Positions 18,357-30,011 of a stretch of DNA of 64,000 nt are shown here, in pieces. The DNA lies in assembly GCA_040767195.1 (NCBI GenBank), contig JAXGPA010000001.1, forward strand, positions 160,001 through 224,000, given 5' to 3'. Every line of letters starts with the position of its first letter. Within the stretch, counting starts at the first letter, position 1. The translations under genes and the position numbers were made by a program. Source of the stretch: Syntrophales bacterium (GTDB taxonomy: Bacteria > Desulfobacterota > Syntrophia > Syntrophales > UBA6807). The notes beneath the pieces are model-generated. The model was not told where the DNA came from and ran no database searches. It saw nothing but the letters and a program-made list of their open reading frames with translations.

Positions 18357-18390
18357 TAAAAGCCCCGCCTTTCCCGGCGGGGCTTTTTTA
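18357..18390 (+). terminator. Intrinsic terminator closing the oxidoreductase operon
   Basis: AAAAGCCCCGCC-tttccc-GGCGGGGCTTTTTT, about 20 nt after the stop codon. Confidence 0.85.
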
Positions 18391-18499
18391 TCGGCAAGCC
18401 GGTCGATCCGATGGTCCCGTTTGACAAAACGGGATCCGTTACCAAAATTAAAAAAAAGGATTGCAATCAACCGGCTAACCCGGTGAGAGGGAATAACGG

Positions 18500-18964
18500 A
18501 TGGATCACAGCCTGTTTTTTCGGGAATGGACCTGGGACGGCCGGGGAAAATACATCGACGACAAGGGACAGATCATGCCCTTTGAAGGCACGGCGAGAAC
18601 CTTTCACGAGGAAGGCCTGTGGCTCCACGAAGGAAAGATGACTCTCACGCCCGTAGAAGGGCCGCCCCTTTCCATTGTAAACCGACAGGAGGTCCTCCCC
18701 TTCGAAAAGGAAACGATGATAACAGAATGGACCACACGGAATCCCCATCTCGGGGTCCTGACGGGACACTTGGTCATCGTCGACGAGGCCATTCTGTCCC
18801 TCTGCCGCTCGGAAAACGGCCTTTTTACAGGCTGCGAGACGTTCCTGCGGATTGACGATGAAATGTACGGCAGCTGGGGAACCCTATTCCGGCAAGGGGA
18901 GCGGATCTCGTCGTGGACGCTTCGATTCAGGAAAAAGGCCCAGGTCGATAAGCCTAATGAATGA
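18500..18964 (+). CDS. Hypothetical protein (predicted beta-rich)
   Basis: 154-aa ORF with a GAGGGA RBS and genome-like codon usage, ending 6 nt before msrA. Confidence 0.65.
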   Translation: MDHSLFFREWTWDGRGKYIDDKGQIMPFEGTARTFHEEGLWLHEGKMTLTPVEGPPLSIVNRQEVLPFEKETMITEWTTRNPHLGVLTGHLVIVDEAILSLCRSENGLFTGCETFLRIDDEMYGSWGTLFRQGERISSWTLRFRKKAQVDKPNE

Positions 18965-18970
18965 GCGACA

Positions 18971-19780
18971 ATGAGAAAGGGTGTCCTGATTTTCACTTTT
19001 TTCCTGGGGATTGCCGCGTTCTTCCTGATCACCGGAATTCCGGGGACGTCGATTGTCAAAAATGCACCGGACTCGGATTTCCCGGGAAAAGAGAGAAAAG
19101 AACCCATGATTGAAATACGGAAAAAGGCTTCTCCGCAAAGGTCGCTCCCCCTGATGGACCTGGCCCGTCCCGAGAATGTGGAAACAGCGACTTTTGCCCT
19201 CGGCTGATTCTGGGGACCCGACTCCCGGTTCGGGAGCCTGCGGGGCGTAATCCGGACGAAGGTCGGGTACGCCGGCGGGAATAAGGAAAATCCCACCTAT
19301 TACAGCCTGGGCGACCACAGTGAAACCGTCCAGGTCGTTTACGACCCCACCGTCATCAGCTACGGGGATCTTCTCGACATCTTCTTCGAAAGCCACGATG
19401 CTGTGAAACCATCCTGGTCCCGCCAGTACGCTTCGGTCATCTTCTACCATGACGATCGTCAGAAAATGCTGGCGGCGGAAAAGAAAAAAGCCCGGTCCGA
19501 TGTTCTTGGGACGCGGCTCTTTACGGACATCGTCCCCTTTACCGTCTTCTATCCGGCAGAGGACTACCACCAGAAATATCACCTGAAACGGCACGGGGAA
19601 CTTGCCGGCTCGTACGAGGCCATCTACCCGGATCCGGAAGATTTCGTCCGGTCCACCGCCGTGGCCCGGGTCAACGGTTATGCCGGGGGATACGGCCTCG
19701 CCTCGCAGCTCAAGGAAGAAATCGACCTTCTCGGCCTGTCGGAAAAGGGACGGGCCGTCCTACTGAAACTTGTTCGGTAA
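18971..19780 (+). CDS. msrA: Selenocysteine-containing peptide-methionine (S)-S-oxide reductase with an N-terminal signal/TM segment (269 aa, U79)
   Basis: ORF-track pieces 18971-19207 and 19403-19780 are in one frame, with only the TGA at 19205-07 between them. Read-through gives ATFALG-U-FWG...VGYAGG...PTY...HSETVQVVYDP...QYASVIF...FYPAEDYHQKY. Confidence 0.9.
19217..19244 (+). promoter_or_regulatory. Bacterial SECIS-like hairpin
   Basis: CTCCCG-GTT-CGGGAG (19222-36) stacked on CCCG/CGGG (19217-20/19241-44); the G-initiated loop lies about 20 nt after the UGA. Confidence 0.7.
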
Positions 19781-20555
19781 CCGCCGTCGACGGCAAATGA
19801 GAAAACCGGGTTCCATCCCCCGTTCGAATCCGTCCCGGTCGGCCTGGAAAAGGGGAAATTGGAGATCCGGCGACCGCTGAATTATGGGCCGCCTGGTTAA
19901 TTCGATGTCCCGTTTTCAAAAGCGCTTTTTGAAGATCGCCCTTTAGAAAAGCCCCCTGTTGGACGAGAAAGTCGGCGATGGCCGCCGCCATTCGGGCATA
20001 CCCTTTCCCGTTGGGGTGAATGTAATCGGCCTTGAGATCCCCCGATGACAGGATTTCCGTCAGCGTGTCCGCCAGGTAAGGGGTCTTCGTCTCTTCCGCC
20101 ACGGTTTTGTACACGGGCGACGTCCGAAGCCCGAGGCCCAAAGCGGGCACCCCGATGAGGACGACCTGGGCTCCCCCGTTCCGGATGATGGCGATCATGG
20201 TTTTCAGGTTCTCCGCCGTCCGCCGGAGATCCCGCCTTCGGAGCAAATCGTTCCCGCCATGACAGAGAATAACCAGGTCGGGCCTCACGGCGTCGAGAAC
20301 CGACGGAAGCCGCTTCAGCCCGGCTTCCGTCTCCTCCCCGGGCACCCCGGACCGGACTACACGCCGGCCCGTTATTCTCTCCAGCACCTCGGGGTAGCTC
20401 TGCCCCGCCGCCGCCCCGGTGCCGTAAGTGAGGCTGTCACCGAAAGCGAGGATCACGCCGTTTTCCGGGAGAAAATTCAGCGGCCCCTTTTCTCCCCCGC
20501 ATCCTCCGGGAAGAATCAGGGCGAAGACAATGAGTGCCAATAGCATCTTTTTCAT
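19710..20555 (-). CDS. SGNH/GDSL arylesterase lipoprotein (TesA-like); 3' end probably over-extended
   Basis: Lipobox-like LPGGC, FGDSLTYG, GGND and DYIHPN motifs; the family-like sequence ends near 19945. Confidence 0.85.
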   Translation of the reverse strand: MKKMLLALIVFALILPGGCGGEKGPLNFLPENGVILAFGDSLTYGTGAAAGQSYPEVLERITGRRVVRSGVPGEETEAGLKRLPSVLDAVRPDLVILCHGGNDLLRRRDLRRTAENLKTMIAIIRNGGAQVVLIGVPALGLGLRTSPVYKTVAEETKTPYLADTLTEILSSGDLKADYIHPNGKGYARMAAAIADFLVQQGAFLKGDLQKALLKTGHRINQAAHNSAVAGSPISPFPGRPGRIRTGDGTRFSHLPSTAVTEQVSVGRPVPFPTGREGRFLP

Positions 20556-20864
20556 CGATTCCCCCTGCCTGTCGAGCGGAACCGGTTGGCGGCACGGGGC
20601 GGTGCGCCTCCGACCCGCCCTTCCAAGCGATTTCGGCGGATTTATCTCAATCTCAGAAACGTCATAATCCTTTTGATTTTTCATGTCCCCTTGTTTATTA
20701 TCCTCCGTAACTATTTTTTTCAAGGCGCAGGAGGTACGTCCTTGATGAAAGGAGACCCTTCCCTCAACCCCGCGGGAGGGGAAAGAAAGCGTCGACCCTG
20801 AAGGAAGAAGCGCTCAGGATTGTTTTTAACCGAGTATGAACAGGTGTTCCCATGGGAGGAAACC

Positions 20865-22406
20865 ATGAACCGTCTTCTCAAAAAAGTTTTTTTGCCTTTT
20901 GCCGCCATCCTGCTCCTCATCCCGGGATGCTCCAGCAATGACGATTCATCCGCCGGCAGCCCGTCCGCCGCCGTCGAGGCCTATGTCCAGAAAATTACCG
21001 ATGACCTGACTTCCCGGGGATTCGATGTCATGAGAGGCTATTTCAAGCTTTACACGCAGGATGACTGTTCCTACTCCTATGAAAAGATGAAAAGCTGCTT
21101 CGGCAACAATCCCGCCGCACCTTACGTTCTCCCGATCGTACCGCTGTGGCCGGACGAATTCGCCGATCCGGCGACCCACTGGGTCTTCGGCCCGACGAAG
21201 GACGGGCACGAAGCCACCTACCGGTTCGATCCGAGGGAAGCGGTCGTCATCGTCGGTTTTCTCCCTCCCCCGGCGGCTTACATGGGACTGCAGACCTACC
21301 TGTTCACCCGGGAAGGCACCTTCGACACGGAAAGTGCCACCTATCAGTTCATCGCAAATAATTTCCCGGGCTTTCTCGATTTCCTCTTCTCCAAGGTCCC
21401 CGAAAACCCGGATCGCCTTCTCATGCTTGCGAGCCTGAGCAACAGCAACAACAACGTCGTCATCGAGAGGCAGTCGGGCGGTGCTTTCGGCCGGCTGCGG
21501 TTCTTTATCATCACGCCCGACCAGGTCATGGATGACGCGGTGAGAAACAGCCTGACGAGGATATCCGTGGACAGCGAAGACGTTTTCACGGAACCCATTC
21601 CCTTGACGATGCGGACGGGTCTCGATGAACAAGCCGATGATTTCGTGACGGTCATGCGCTATGCCATGCCTGAAAACGACGTCGACGCCGAGTCGTGGAG
21701 AAAGGACCTGCCCCTAGTCGCCCTTCGCGTCAGGGATGCCCGGAGCGACCGCGCCGCCGTTTCTTATCCCCCTGTCGTCATCGATACCAGAACGGCGAAA
21801 CCCGAGGCCGGGCTGGAAAAGGACCTCACCGACCTGGTCGTCGAAATCAACAGGACCTGGGGCCAGCCCTGCTCGGAGAGCGACTGCTCCGACCGCTCCT
21901 TCACCTTCATCGACATGCAGCGGCCTCCCGTCAATCTCGTGGGGCCCGCCTGCACGGAAATCGGAATGAACTGCCTCGGCGACACCCAGGACACGACCTA
22001 CCAGGCGACGTTCAACCTGGGCCTCGACGCCGGAGAGATCTACGCCGTCGCCGGCACGCTCGGCACGGAAACGGGAAACGCCGTCTATGTGGGCCTTTCC
22101 GTCAACGAAAGCGCCATGCTGGAAGGGATCGAGAACATTGAAAACGGTATTCTCAAAAATACCGCGAGCCGGTATGCCGGCACGGTGAACAACACGGACA
22201 AGCTCTACGTGTATTACCTGACCCGGGACTGCTCAGGCCTCGACGACCTCACCGACGGGAACTGTTTTTCCGTTTCCGAAGACGTCATCCCCGTGTCCGA
22301 TTTCTTCAAGCTCATTCAACGCCTTTACATACACAGGGGAACCCAGCGCGGCCCCGACTCAACGCTCACCCTTCCGCCCCGGCTCATCATGCTGAAGAGG
22401 AATTGA
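20865..22406 (+). CDS. Hypothetical lipoprotein
   Basis: GGAGG RBS, signal peptide with IPGC lipobox, 513-aa ORF with several Cys pairs; no family recognised. Confidence 0.75.
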   Translation: MNRLLKKVFLPFAAILLLIPGCSSNDDSSAGSPSAAVEAYVQKITDDLTSRGFDVMRGYFKLYTQDDCSYSYEKMKSCFGNNPAAPYVLPIVPLWPDEFADPATHWVFGPTKDGHEATYRFDPREAVVIVGFLPPPAAYMGLQTYLFTREGTFDTESATYQFIANNFPGFLDFLFSKVPENPDRLLMLASLSNSNNNVVIERQSGGAFGRLRFFIITPDQVMDDAVRNSLTRISVDSEDVFTEPIPLTMRTGLDEQADDFVTVMRYAMPENDVDAESWRKDLPLVALRVRDARSDRAAVSYPPVVIDTRTAKPEAGLEKDLTDLVVEINRTWGQPCSESDCSDRSFTFIDMQRPPVNLVGPACTEIGMNCLGDTQDTTYQATFNLGLDAGEIYAVAGTLGTETGNAVYVGLSVNESAMLEGIENIENGILKNTASRYAGTVNNTDKLYVYYLTRDCSGLDDLTDGNCFSVSEDVIPVSDFFKLIQRLYIHRGTQRGPDSTLTLPPRLIMLKRN

Positions 22407-22441
22407 CAGCCGGGGGAGTGACAGCGGAAACACTATCAAGG

Positions 22442-22482
22442 TGCGGTCCCGGCCCGGTGTGAAAAGCGGGTCCGGGACCGCA
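22442..22482. terminator. GC-rich hairpin between convergent genes
   Basis: TGCGGTCCCGG-CCCG...CGGG-T-CCGGGACCGCA inverted repeat. Confidence 0.5.
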
Positions 22483-22541
22483 TCTTCGAAAAGGGTTCTT
22501 CCCGCAGTCCAGACCGGTGAAAACAAAAGGCGCCGGTGCCG

Positions 22542-23885
22542 TCAGGTTCCGGCCACCCCGTACTGATCCTCGGCAAAAGGAAGCAGCCCCAGGTGCTCCA
22601 GGCGGTCCAAAGGAACCCGGAACGTGACCTGGACAACCCCGGGATGGCGGCCGATTTCGATGGCCCCCGTTACGGTGGCCCGGTTCAGGACCTCGGGAAG
22701 GGGCATTTTGAAAAGCTTCGCCGCCCGGGCCAGGCCGTTGTCGGTCGCGGCATTCAGATTTGCCCCCGTGCCGATGACGGAAACGGGAACCGTCTCTTCC
22801 AGGACATCCAGTCCCCACATCCGGGCCAGGCGCTCCGCCTCTTTCCTCTCCTTCCCGGACAGGGGCCGTGCCAGGAAGGGCAGATCCTCGAGGATCGGGA
22901 AAAGAACGGGGCCCTCCAGTTTCAACCCCTTGACCAGGTGGACCTGCACCGTGATCGTGCCGGCAACATCGACGGTGTGACCGGCGATTTCACCGTCTCC
23001 CTGAAGGGCGTGCATGTCGCCCATGTAGACGCCGCCTCCCGGCACTTTCACCGGGCAGACCAGGATGGCGCCGGCCCGGACGGCATCGATATCCATGTGA
23101 CCGTCCGTGCGTTTTTCCAGCTCCTCGGCGGTGAGGCCGTAATCATGGGGGGCATTGATCAGGAAAGACCCGAAATCCCCCGCATTGTGGGAGTCCGGGA
23201 TGGGAACGGCAGGGGTGGTCCCCAGCTGTCCCATGAAGGGCCGAAGACGGGCGACAATCCCCACCAGGTCGTGGGGAGCGAACGTGAGGATCGGGTGCTG
23301 TACGGAATGTTCGGGAAGCGATGAAAAGTGGCCGGCCTGACGGGCGATTTTTTCCGCCCCCTTGCGGTCCAGGGTCAGGCCGAGGGTGTAATTGCCGTCA
23401 AAAACCATCGTGTAGCCGCTGGTGAAGGTGAACGGGGAAATTTCCTCCCCGCAGGCGGCGCAGCGGACCGCTTTCCGTCCGATGCCCTTGACGATCGTTT
23501 TGGGATGCATGGTGTCACAGTGAGGACAGCGGCGGGCCACGTAGGGGTCCCCGACGAAACGGTCCGCCGAGACGACGGTGTCGTTGCCGGAAGCGGCGGC
23601 CAGGGACGTCACCGTTATGTTTTTGATCCGGATGACGACGGCGTCCCCCGGCTCCGCGCCCTCCACGGCCACAGGCCTTGTCACCTCGTGTCCTCCCTTG
23701 ATTTCCGGCGTGATCATCGGTCCCCAGCAGCCCGGCACCGTGTTCGCCACGATATGGCCGCCGTCCCGGACAGGCCCCAGCATGGGTTTTCCGGGATCGA
23801 GAATCCCGTCGGTAAACTGGTTCACAAACACCGTCGCCGGGCATTTCGACGCCCGCTTTTTAACCGAACGCCTCGCGGTTTTCAT
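22542..23885 (-). CDS. Acetamidase/formamidase family protein with a Zn-ribbon insert
   Basis: PVAVEGAEPGD, DGHMDI, GDMHALQGDGEIAGH motifs, CPHC...CAAC insert; ATG at 23885 follows AAGGAG. Confidence 0.85.
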   Translation of the reverse strand: MKTARRSVKKRASKCPATVFVNQFTDGILDPGKPMLGPVRDGGHIVANTVPGCWGPMITPEIKGGHEVTRPVAVEGAEPGDAVVIRIKNITVTSLAAASGNDTVVSADRFVGDPYVARRCPHCDTMHPKTIVKGIGRKAVRCAACGEEISPFTFTSGYTMVFDGNYTLGLTLDRKGAEKIARQAGHFSSLPEHSVQHPILTFAPHDLVGIVARLRPFMGQLGTTPAVPIPDSHNAGDFGSFLINAPHDYGLTAEELEKRTDGHMDIDAVRAGAILVCPVKVPGGGVYMGDMHALQGDGEIAGHTVDVAGTITVQVHLVKGLKLEGPVLFPILEDLPFLARPLSGKERKEAERLARMWGLDVLEETVPVSVIGTGANLNAATDNGLARAAKLFKMPLPEVLNRATVTGAIEIGRHPGVVQVTFRVPLDRLEHLGLLPFAEDQYGVAGT

Positions 23886-24415
23886 CGCCCTTTCTCCTTT
23901 CTCCATTAAACGTCCGTTTCTTTCCACCTGCCCCGAGAGGGGAACACTTCCACGGTAACCCCTTGCTTTTACAAGATGAGTATAATGGCGGGCTTTTTCC
24001 GTGTCAACACGAAACCGGGGAGAAGACCGGCGCAACCGACGGGAATCGCGGCAAAGCCATACAACCGGACCGGGTTGTCCGGCGGGCGGTGAGGCGTGGA
24101 AATATCTTTTTCCCTTTTCATAAGAACGTTTCAATCGGGCGGTTAAAGTGCCCGGCGGATTGACGGACCGATAAAAAACACATATCTATTGAAACAGCAG
24201 GCATGCAAATGGCGCAGGAAGCAAAGCGGTAATCGCAGGAATATTTCAAAAAGCCCGTCTGAATCAAAGGCATTACGGCGGGACGCAGGGGAACCGGGAA
24301 ATGAAACGAACGCTCCCGGCCTTGGAAGGAATCCGATTCGACGGAAAGAACCGGGCCTGCAAGGAACGTTATGTCACCTTCAGAAAAACCTGATACGGGA
24401 AGGGAGGGGATCGCC

Positions 24416-25294
24416 TTGAAAACAGAACTCAGCCCGGAAACAAGAAAAAAAATTTTGGCGGCACAGCGAAACGAGCTGACGGAACACTTTTTTTACCTGA
24501 AACTGTCCAATGCGGTGAAAAACCCCGAAAGCCGGGATGTCCTGAAAAAGCTGGCCCAGGACGAACTGGCCCACTACCGGTTCTGGAAGGGAATCACGGG
24601 AACGGATGTGAAGGCGTCCGGGTTCAAGCTCTGGTTCTTTTACATCATCTCCCTTGTCTTCGGGATCACCTTCGGAATCAAGCTCATGGAAAAGGGGGAA
24701 GACAGGGCACAAAACAACTACCATGACCTGGCATCCATCATCCCGGAGGCGAGCAGAATCGCCGAGGAAGAAGGCGACCACGAAAAAATGCTTGTTGAAC
24801 TCATCGACGAAGAACGACTCCGGTACGTCGGTTCCATCGTCCTCGGGCTGAATGACGCCCTCGTCGAGCTGACCGGGGCGCTCGCGGGATTCACCCTGGC
24901 ACTCCAGAACACCCGGTTGACAGCCATGATGGGTCTCATAACCGGAATCGCCGCATCCCTGTCCATGGCCGCCTCGGAATACCTGTCGACCAAATCGGAA
25001 GGAAACGGCCGTCATCCCGTGAAGGCCAGTTTCTACACGGGCGCCGCCTACATGGCGACGGTCTTCCTCCTCGTTCTCCCTTTTTTCATCCTCAGCCATT
25101 ACATGGCCGCCCTGGGCCTGACGCTCCTCAGCGGGCTCCTCGTCATTGTCGTCTTTTCCTATTACACGTCCGTCGCGAAAGACCTGCCCTTCTGGAGCCG
25201 TTTTTTCGAGATGGCGGCCATCAGCCTCGGCGTGGCGGCGCTCAGTTTCGGCATCGGGTATCTCGTCAGGCATTTCATGGGAATCGAAATATAG
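24416..25294 (+). CDS. Rubrerythrin-like/VIT1-CCC1 membrane protein (probable iron exporter, MbfA-like)
   Basis: Ferritin-like N-terminus (DELAH, EEGDH) plus the VIT1 motif VLGLNDALVE...SMAASEYLS; TTG start after GGAGG. Confidence 0.82.
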   Translation: MKTELSPETRKKILAAQRNELTEHFFYLKLSNAVKNPESRDVLKKLAQDELAHYRFWKGITGTDVKASGFKLWFFYIISLVFGITFGIKLMEKGEDRAQNNYHDLASIIPEASRIAEEEGDHEKMLVELIDEERLRYVGSIVLGLNDALVELTGALAGFTLALQNTRLTAMMGLITGIAASLSMAASEYLSTKSEGNGRHPVKASFYTGAAYMATVFLLVLPFFILSHYMAALGLTLLSGLLVIVVFSYYTSVAKDLPFWSRFFEMAAISLGVAALSFGIGYLVRHFMGIEI

Positions 25295-25529
25295 AGGAAC
25301 GGGCAGCCCTTTCCAAATTGTTTTTTTCATCCTTTTGTGAGAAGAGTTCAAAGGGGAATTCGAATACCCGCTTCGGGAGATGGCAACATGAAACGCTTTT
25401 TTGTCCTTGTCCTGGCCGCAGGATTCCAAAAAAATGATCCCGGTCGGTTTGATTTTGACGGAACGGGGCATTATATTGCAGGTGGCGCTCACAAGGCGAT
25501 AAACTCAAAAAGAGAGGCGCAGGAATCCC

Positions 25530-27338
<1,809 letters not shown>

Positions 27339-27485
27339 TATTTCCCGTTGACAGGACCGGGAGTTTCTCCCTATAGTTCAGCCTGTCCCCCCGAACGGTA
27401 AGGAGGGCGTCGTCCCCGGGATATCGGCCCGTTTACACGAAAACCCGGGGAAACGGGGTTTAAAGACGTAACGGATAACGCATTC

Positions 27486-28685
27486 ATGAGAGACCTGACA
27501 CTTGAACGGGTAGCCATCGTCGGACCGGGGCGCCTGGGAACGGCCCTGTCCTATAAATTCGCCCGGGACGGCAAGGAGGTGGCCCTGTATTACCACAATG
27601 CGGATTTCTGTCGCGAACTCAACGAGACCCGCCTCAACCCCCGTCATCTCACGAAAGACCTGGCCAGGCTTTCGGGGACCCTTGAAAAGGTCCCCAGGCT
27701 CCCGAATAACGTTCAGGCGACGAACGACCTGGAAAAGATCGTGGAGGAAAACGACACGGTCGTCCTCTCCGTCACCATGCAGCGACTGCCCGATGTGCTC
27801 ACCTATCTGAAGCCGCTCATGGCACAGAAAAAAAAACCGACCCTCCTCATCTCCCCCATCAAGGGCCTCGCCTCCGATGAAAAGACAAAGTCCCTCGTCA
27901 CCCCGTCCCAGGTCATTCAGAACCACCTGTTCGACATTCCGCACAAATATGAGCTTCTGTGCATCGGGGGACCTTTTTTCGATGTCGACATCGCCCTGGG
28001 GAAACCCGTCTGTGTCACCATCGCGGGAAACAAGAAGACGGCCCGGACCGTGAAAAAAGAGCTGATCGAACTGAACCGGAGGGAACTGGCCGCTTTTTAC
28101 AATTTCGACATGATCGGCGTGGAAGCCTGCGGGGCCCTGAAAAATATCGTGGCCAATCTCAAGGGCGTTTTTCAGGGCATCCACCTGGGCAATTCCATTC
28201 CTGGAACGCTCTTCGCAAGGTCCGGCGTGGAAATCCGGTCGCTCTCCAAAATTCTCGGGGGCAGTTTCCAGTCTTTTTACAGCCAGGCGGGCGTCGGGGA
28301 TATGTATGTCACCCTGTCGTCGGACGCCAGCAAGAATTACCGGTACGGCGTCCTGTATTACGAGAACTACACGGGGAACCCCGTGGAAACCCACATGAAG
28401 GTGCTGGAAAAAATCGACGGCACGCCGGAAGGGCCGAACACCATCCGAAACGTTCACCTCTACCTGGAACGAAAAAACATGTACAGTCCCCTCTTCCACT
28501 GCGCTTTCAAGATATTCAACGAAATCCGGAAAAAAGATGAGATCGAGGAGCGGATCATCCAGGCCTGTCAGTTCGACCAGAGGGAAAAGGAATACATCGG
28601 AATCTTCTCGCGAGTCCTGTACCGCCTGTTCCCGGCCCTGTGGTATCGCCGCCACAAGGGAATCCTGTCCAGGTTTCAGATCTGA
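27486..28685 (+). CDS. gpsA: NAD(P)H-dependent glycerol-3-phosphate dehydrogenase family protein (divergent)
   Basis: GPGRLG Rossmann motif, IKGL, GVEACGALKN, AGVGDMYVT..S.NYRYG and EG motifs, with a C-terminal extension. Confidence 0.7.
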   Translation: MRDLTLERVAIVGPGRLGTALSYKFARDGKEVALYYHNADFCRELNETRLNPRHLTKDLARLSGTLEKVPRLPNNVQATNDLEKIVEENDTVVLSVTMQRLPDVLTYLKPLMAQKKKPTLLISPIKGLASDEKTKSLVTPSQVIQNHLFDIPHKYELLCIGGPFFDVDIALGKPVCVTIAGNKKTARTVKKELIELNRRELAAFYNFDMIGVEACGALKNIVANLKGVFQGIHLGNSIPGTLFARSGVEIRSLSKILGGSFQSFYSQAGVGDMYVTLSSDASKNYRYGVLYYENYTGNPVETHMKVLEKIDGTPEGPNTIRNVHLYLERKNMYSPLFHCAFKIFNEIRKKDEIEERIIQACQFDQREKEYIGIFSRVLYRLFPALWYRRHKGILSRFQI

Positions 28686-28802
28686 CGGGATCTTTTGAAG
28701 GAGTGCCCTGTTCCCCCCGAAAACTTTGGAAAGCACGGGCCAGCCGCTGAAAAGCTGGGGGGCGGGGAAGTGAAAAGCCCTTGACCGGTCGAACGACCGT
28801 TT

Positions 28803-29735
28803 TCAGCTTCGTCTCGATTTGTGTGTTTCCTCTATTTTCTTCAATGTTCCCAGATACCGGTCACGATATTCCAGGCCCTTCTGGTTGGAGATGTCGTCCA
28901 TGAGGAGGGCCGCCTGGGGAAGGATGTCGATTCCGTATCGATTCAGTCCTTTCCTGTCGGCCTCGTCGAGAATCAGAATGGAATAATACTTGACGAGGAT
29001 TCGCGTCCGGGAATCCCGGCGGGCCAGGTAGGCCTTCCCACCGAGGGTTTCGAGAAAAAAAGAGGAATAGATGTAAAGATCCTTGAGGGACGTTCGGATT
29101 TCAGGGTTTCTCTCCTGAACGCCCGCCATGATCCATTCGTATAAAAGCTCGAAGAGGGGCTCCGTGGCCTCCTTTTCCTCGTTCAGAACAGCCTTGGCGA
29201 GGGCGATTCTCTTTCCCTTCAATTCCCGGTAAAAGTGGGCAGTGTTCTTCATCAGGATGTACACATCCCTCGTCTCCCCGGATATGACGGGCGGATTCCG
29301 GGAAAGCAGGGTGATCGCCCAGAGAAGGGTATCGTAAACGCCGCCTTCCAGACGATAGGATTCCACGTAGGGCTGGTGATCCAGATAGTCGCAGAAAAGA
29401 ATGACTTCCTTTTGAAGGGCCCCGTATAAATCGCCGTCCCGGGGGGCGCCCGCCCCCTGAGGGCCTTTCCCTCTGAAGGCACCGTTTTCTTTCAACAGCC
29501 CTTCGCTGATCTTTTTTCTAAAGACACCGTCGTGGGTCGTCCCTTCCCTTTCCCCGGAATCTTTTTCCTGGAGCAGGGAAAGAGGGTTGCCCGTTTCGAT
29601 GAAACGATGTCCCCTCTCCTGGACTTCATTCCAGTTGACGGCCAGAAACCCGCCCCCCACTACCAGGAGAAAGATGACGACCATCCACAGGGTCCCCTTC
29701 CCGCCAGACATGTCGCCCCTCGTTTCTTTTTCCAT
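28803..29735 (-). CDS. Hypothetical membrane-anchored protein
   Basis: 310-aa ORF with one N-terminal TM helix; the start may be at 29711. Confidence 0.7.
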   Translation of the reverse strand: MEKETRGDMSGGKGTLWMVVIFLLVVGGGFLAVNWNEVQERGHRFIETGNPLSLLQEKDSGEREGTTHDGVFRKKISEGLLKENGAFRGKGPQGAGAPRDGDLYGALQKEVILFCDYLDHQPYVESYRLEGGVYDTLLWAITLLSRNPPVISGETRDVYILMKNTAHFYRELKGKRIALAKAVLNEEKEATEPLFELLYEWIMAGVQERNPEIRTSLKDLYIYSSFFLETLGGKAYLARRDSRTRILVKYYSILILDEADRKGLNRYGIDILPQAALLMDDISNQKGLEYRDRYLGTLKKIEETHKSRRS

Positions 29736-30011
29736 GTCTCACCTGAGTGACGAATCTTTGAACAGCCCCATAGGAAACGGATGTATGTGGGTTTCCAGGG
29801 GGCCTTTATCAGCGTTTCCACGGCTGAACAAAAGGCCCCAGGAAGGCATGCGTCGGCTGTGACAACCAATTATTTTTCATCATTATGAAAAAAGCCCGAT
29901 GCTGTCAAGGTGAAACAGGGAAGGACTCGGTGCCTTTAATATTTCGTTGACATCATTTTCCGGGAAAGATAAGAGACATGCGAAAAAAACAGCCACAGAA
30001 GAGAGCGAATC

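Noticed and set aside
18971..19780. msrA as a pseudogene
   Set aside because: The only lesion is a TGA exactly at the catalytic Cys codon, followed by a SECIS-like hairpin; all other motifs are intact.
25461..25481. GG-N10-GC sigma54-like site before ftsH
   Set aside because: It matches TGGCACG poorly; a sigma70 reading (TTGATT-17-TATATT) fits as well.
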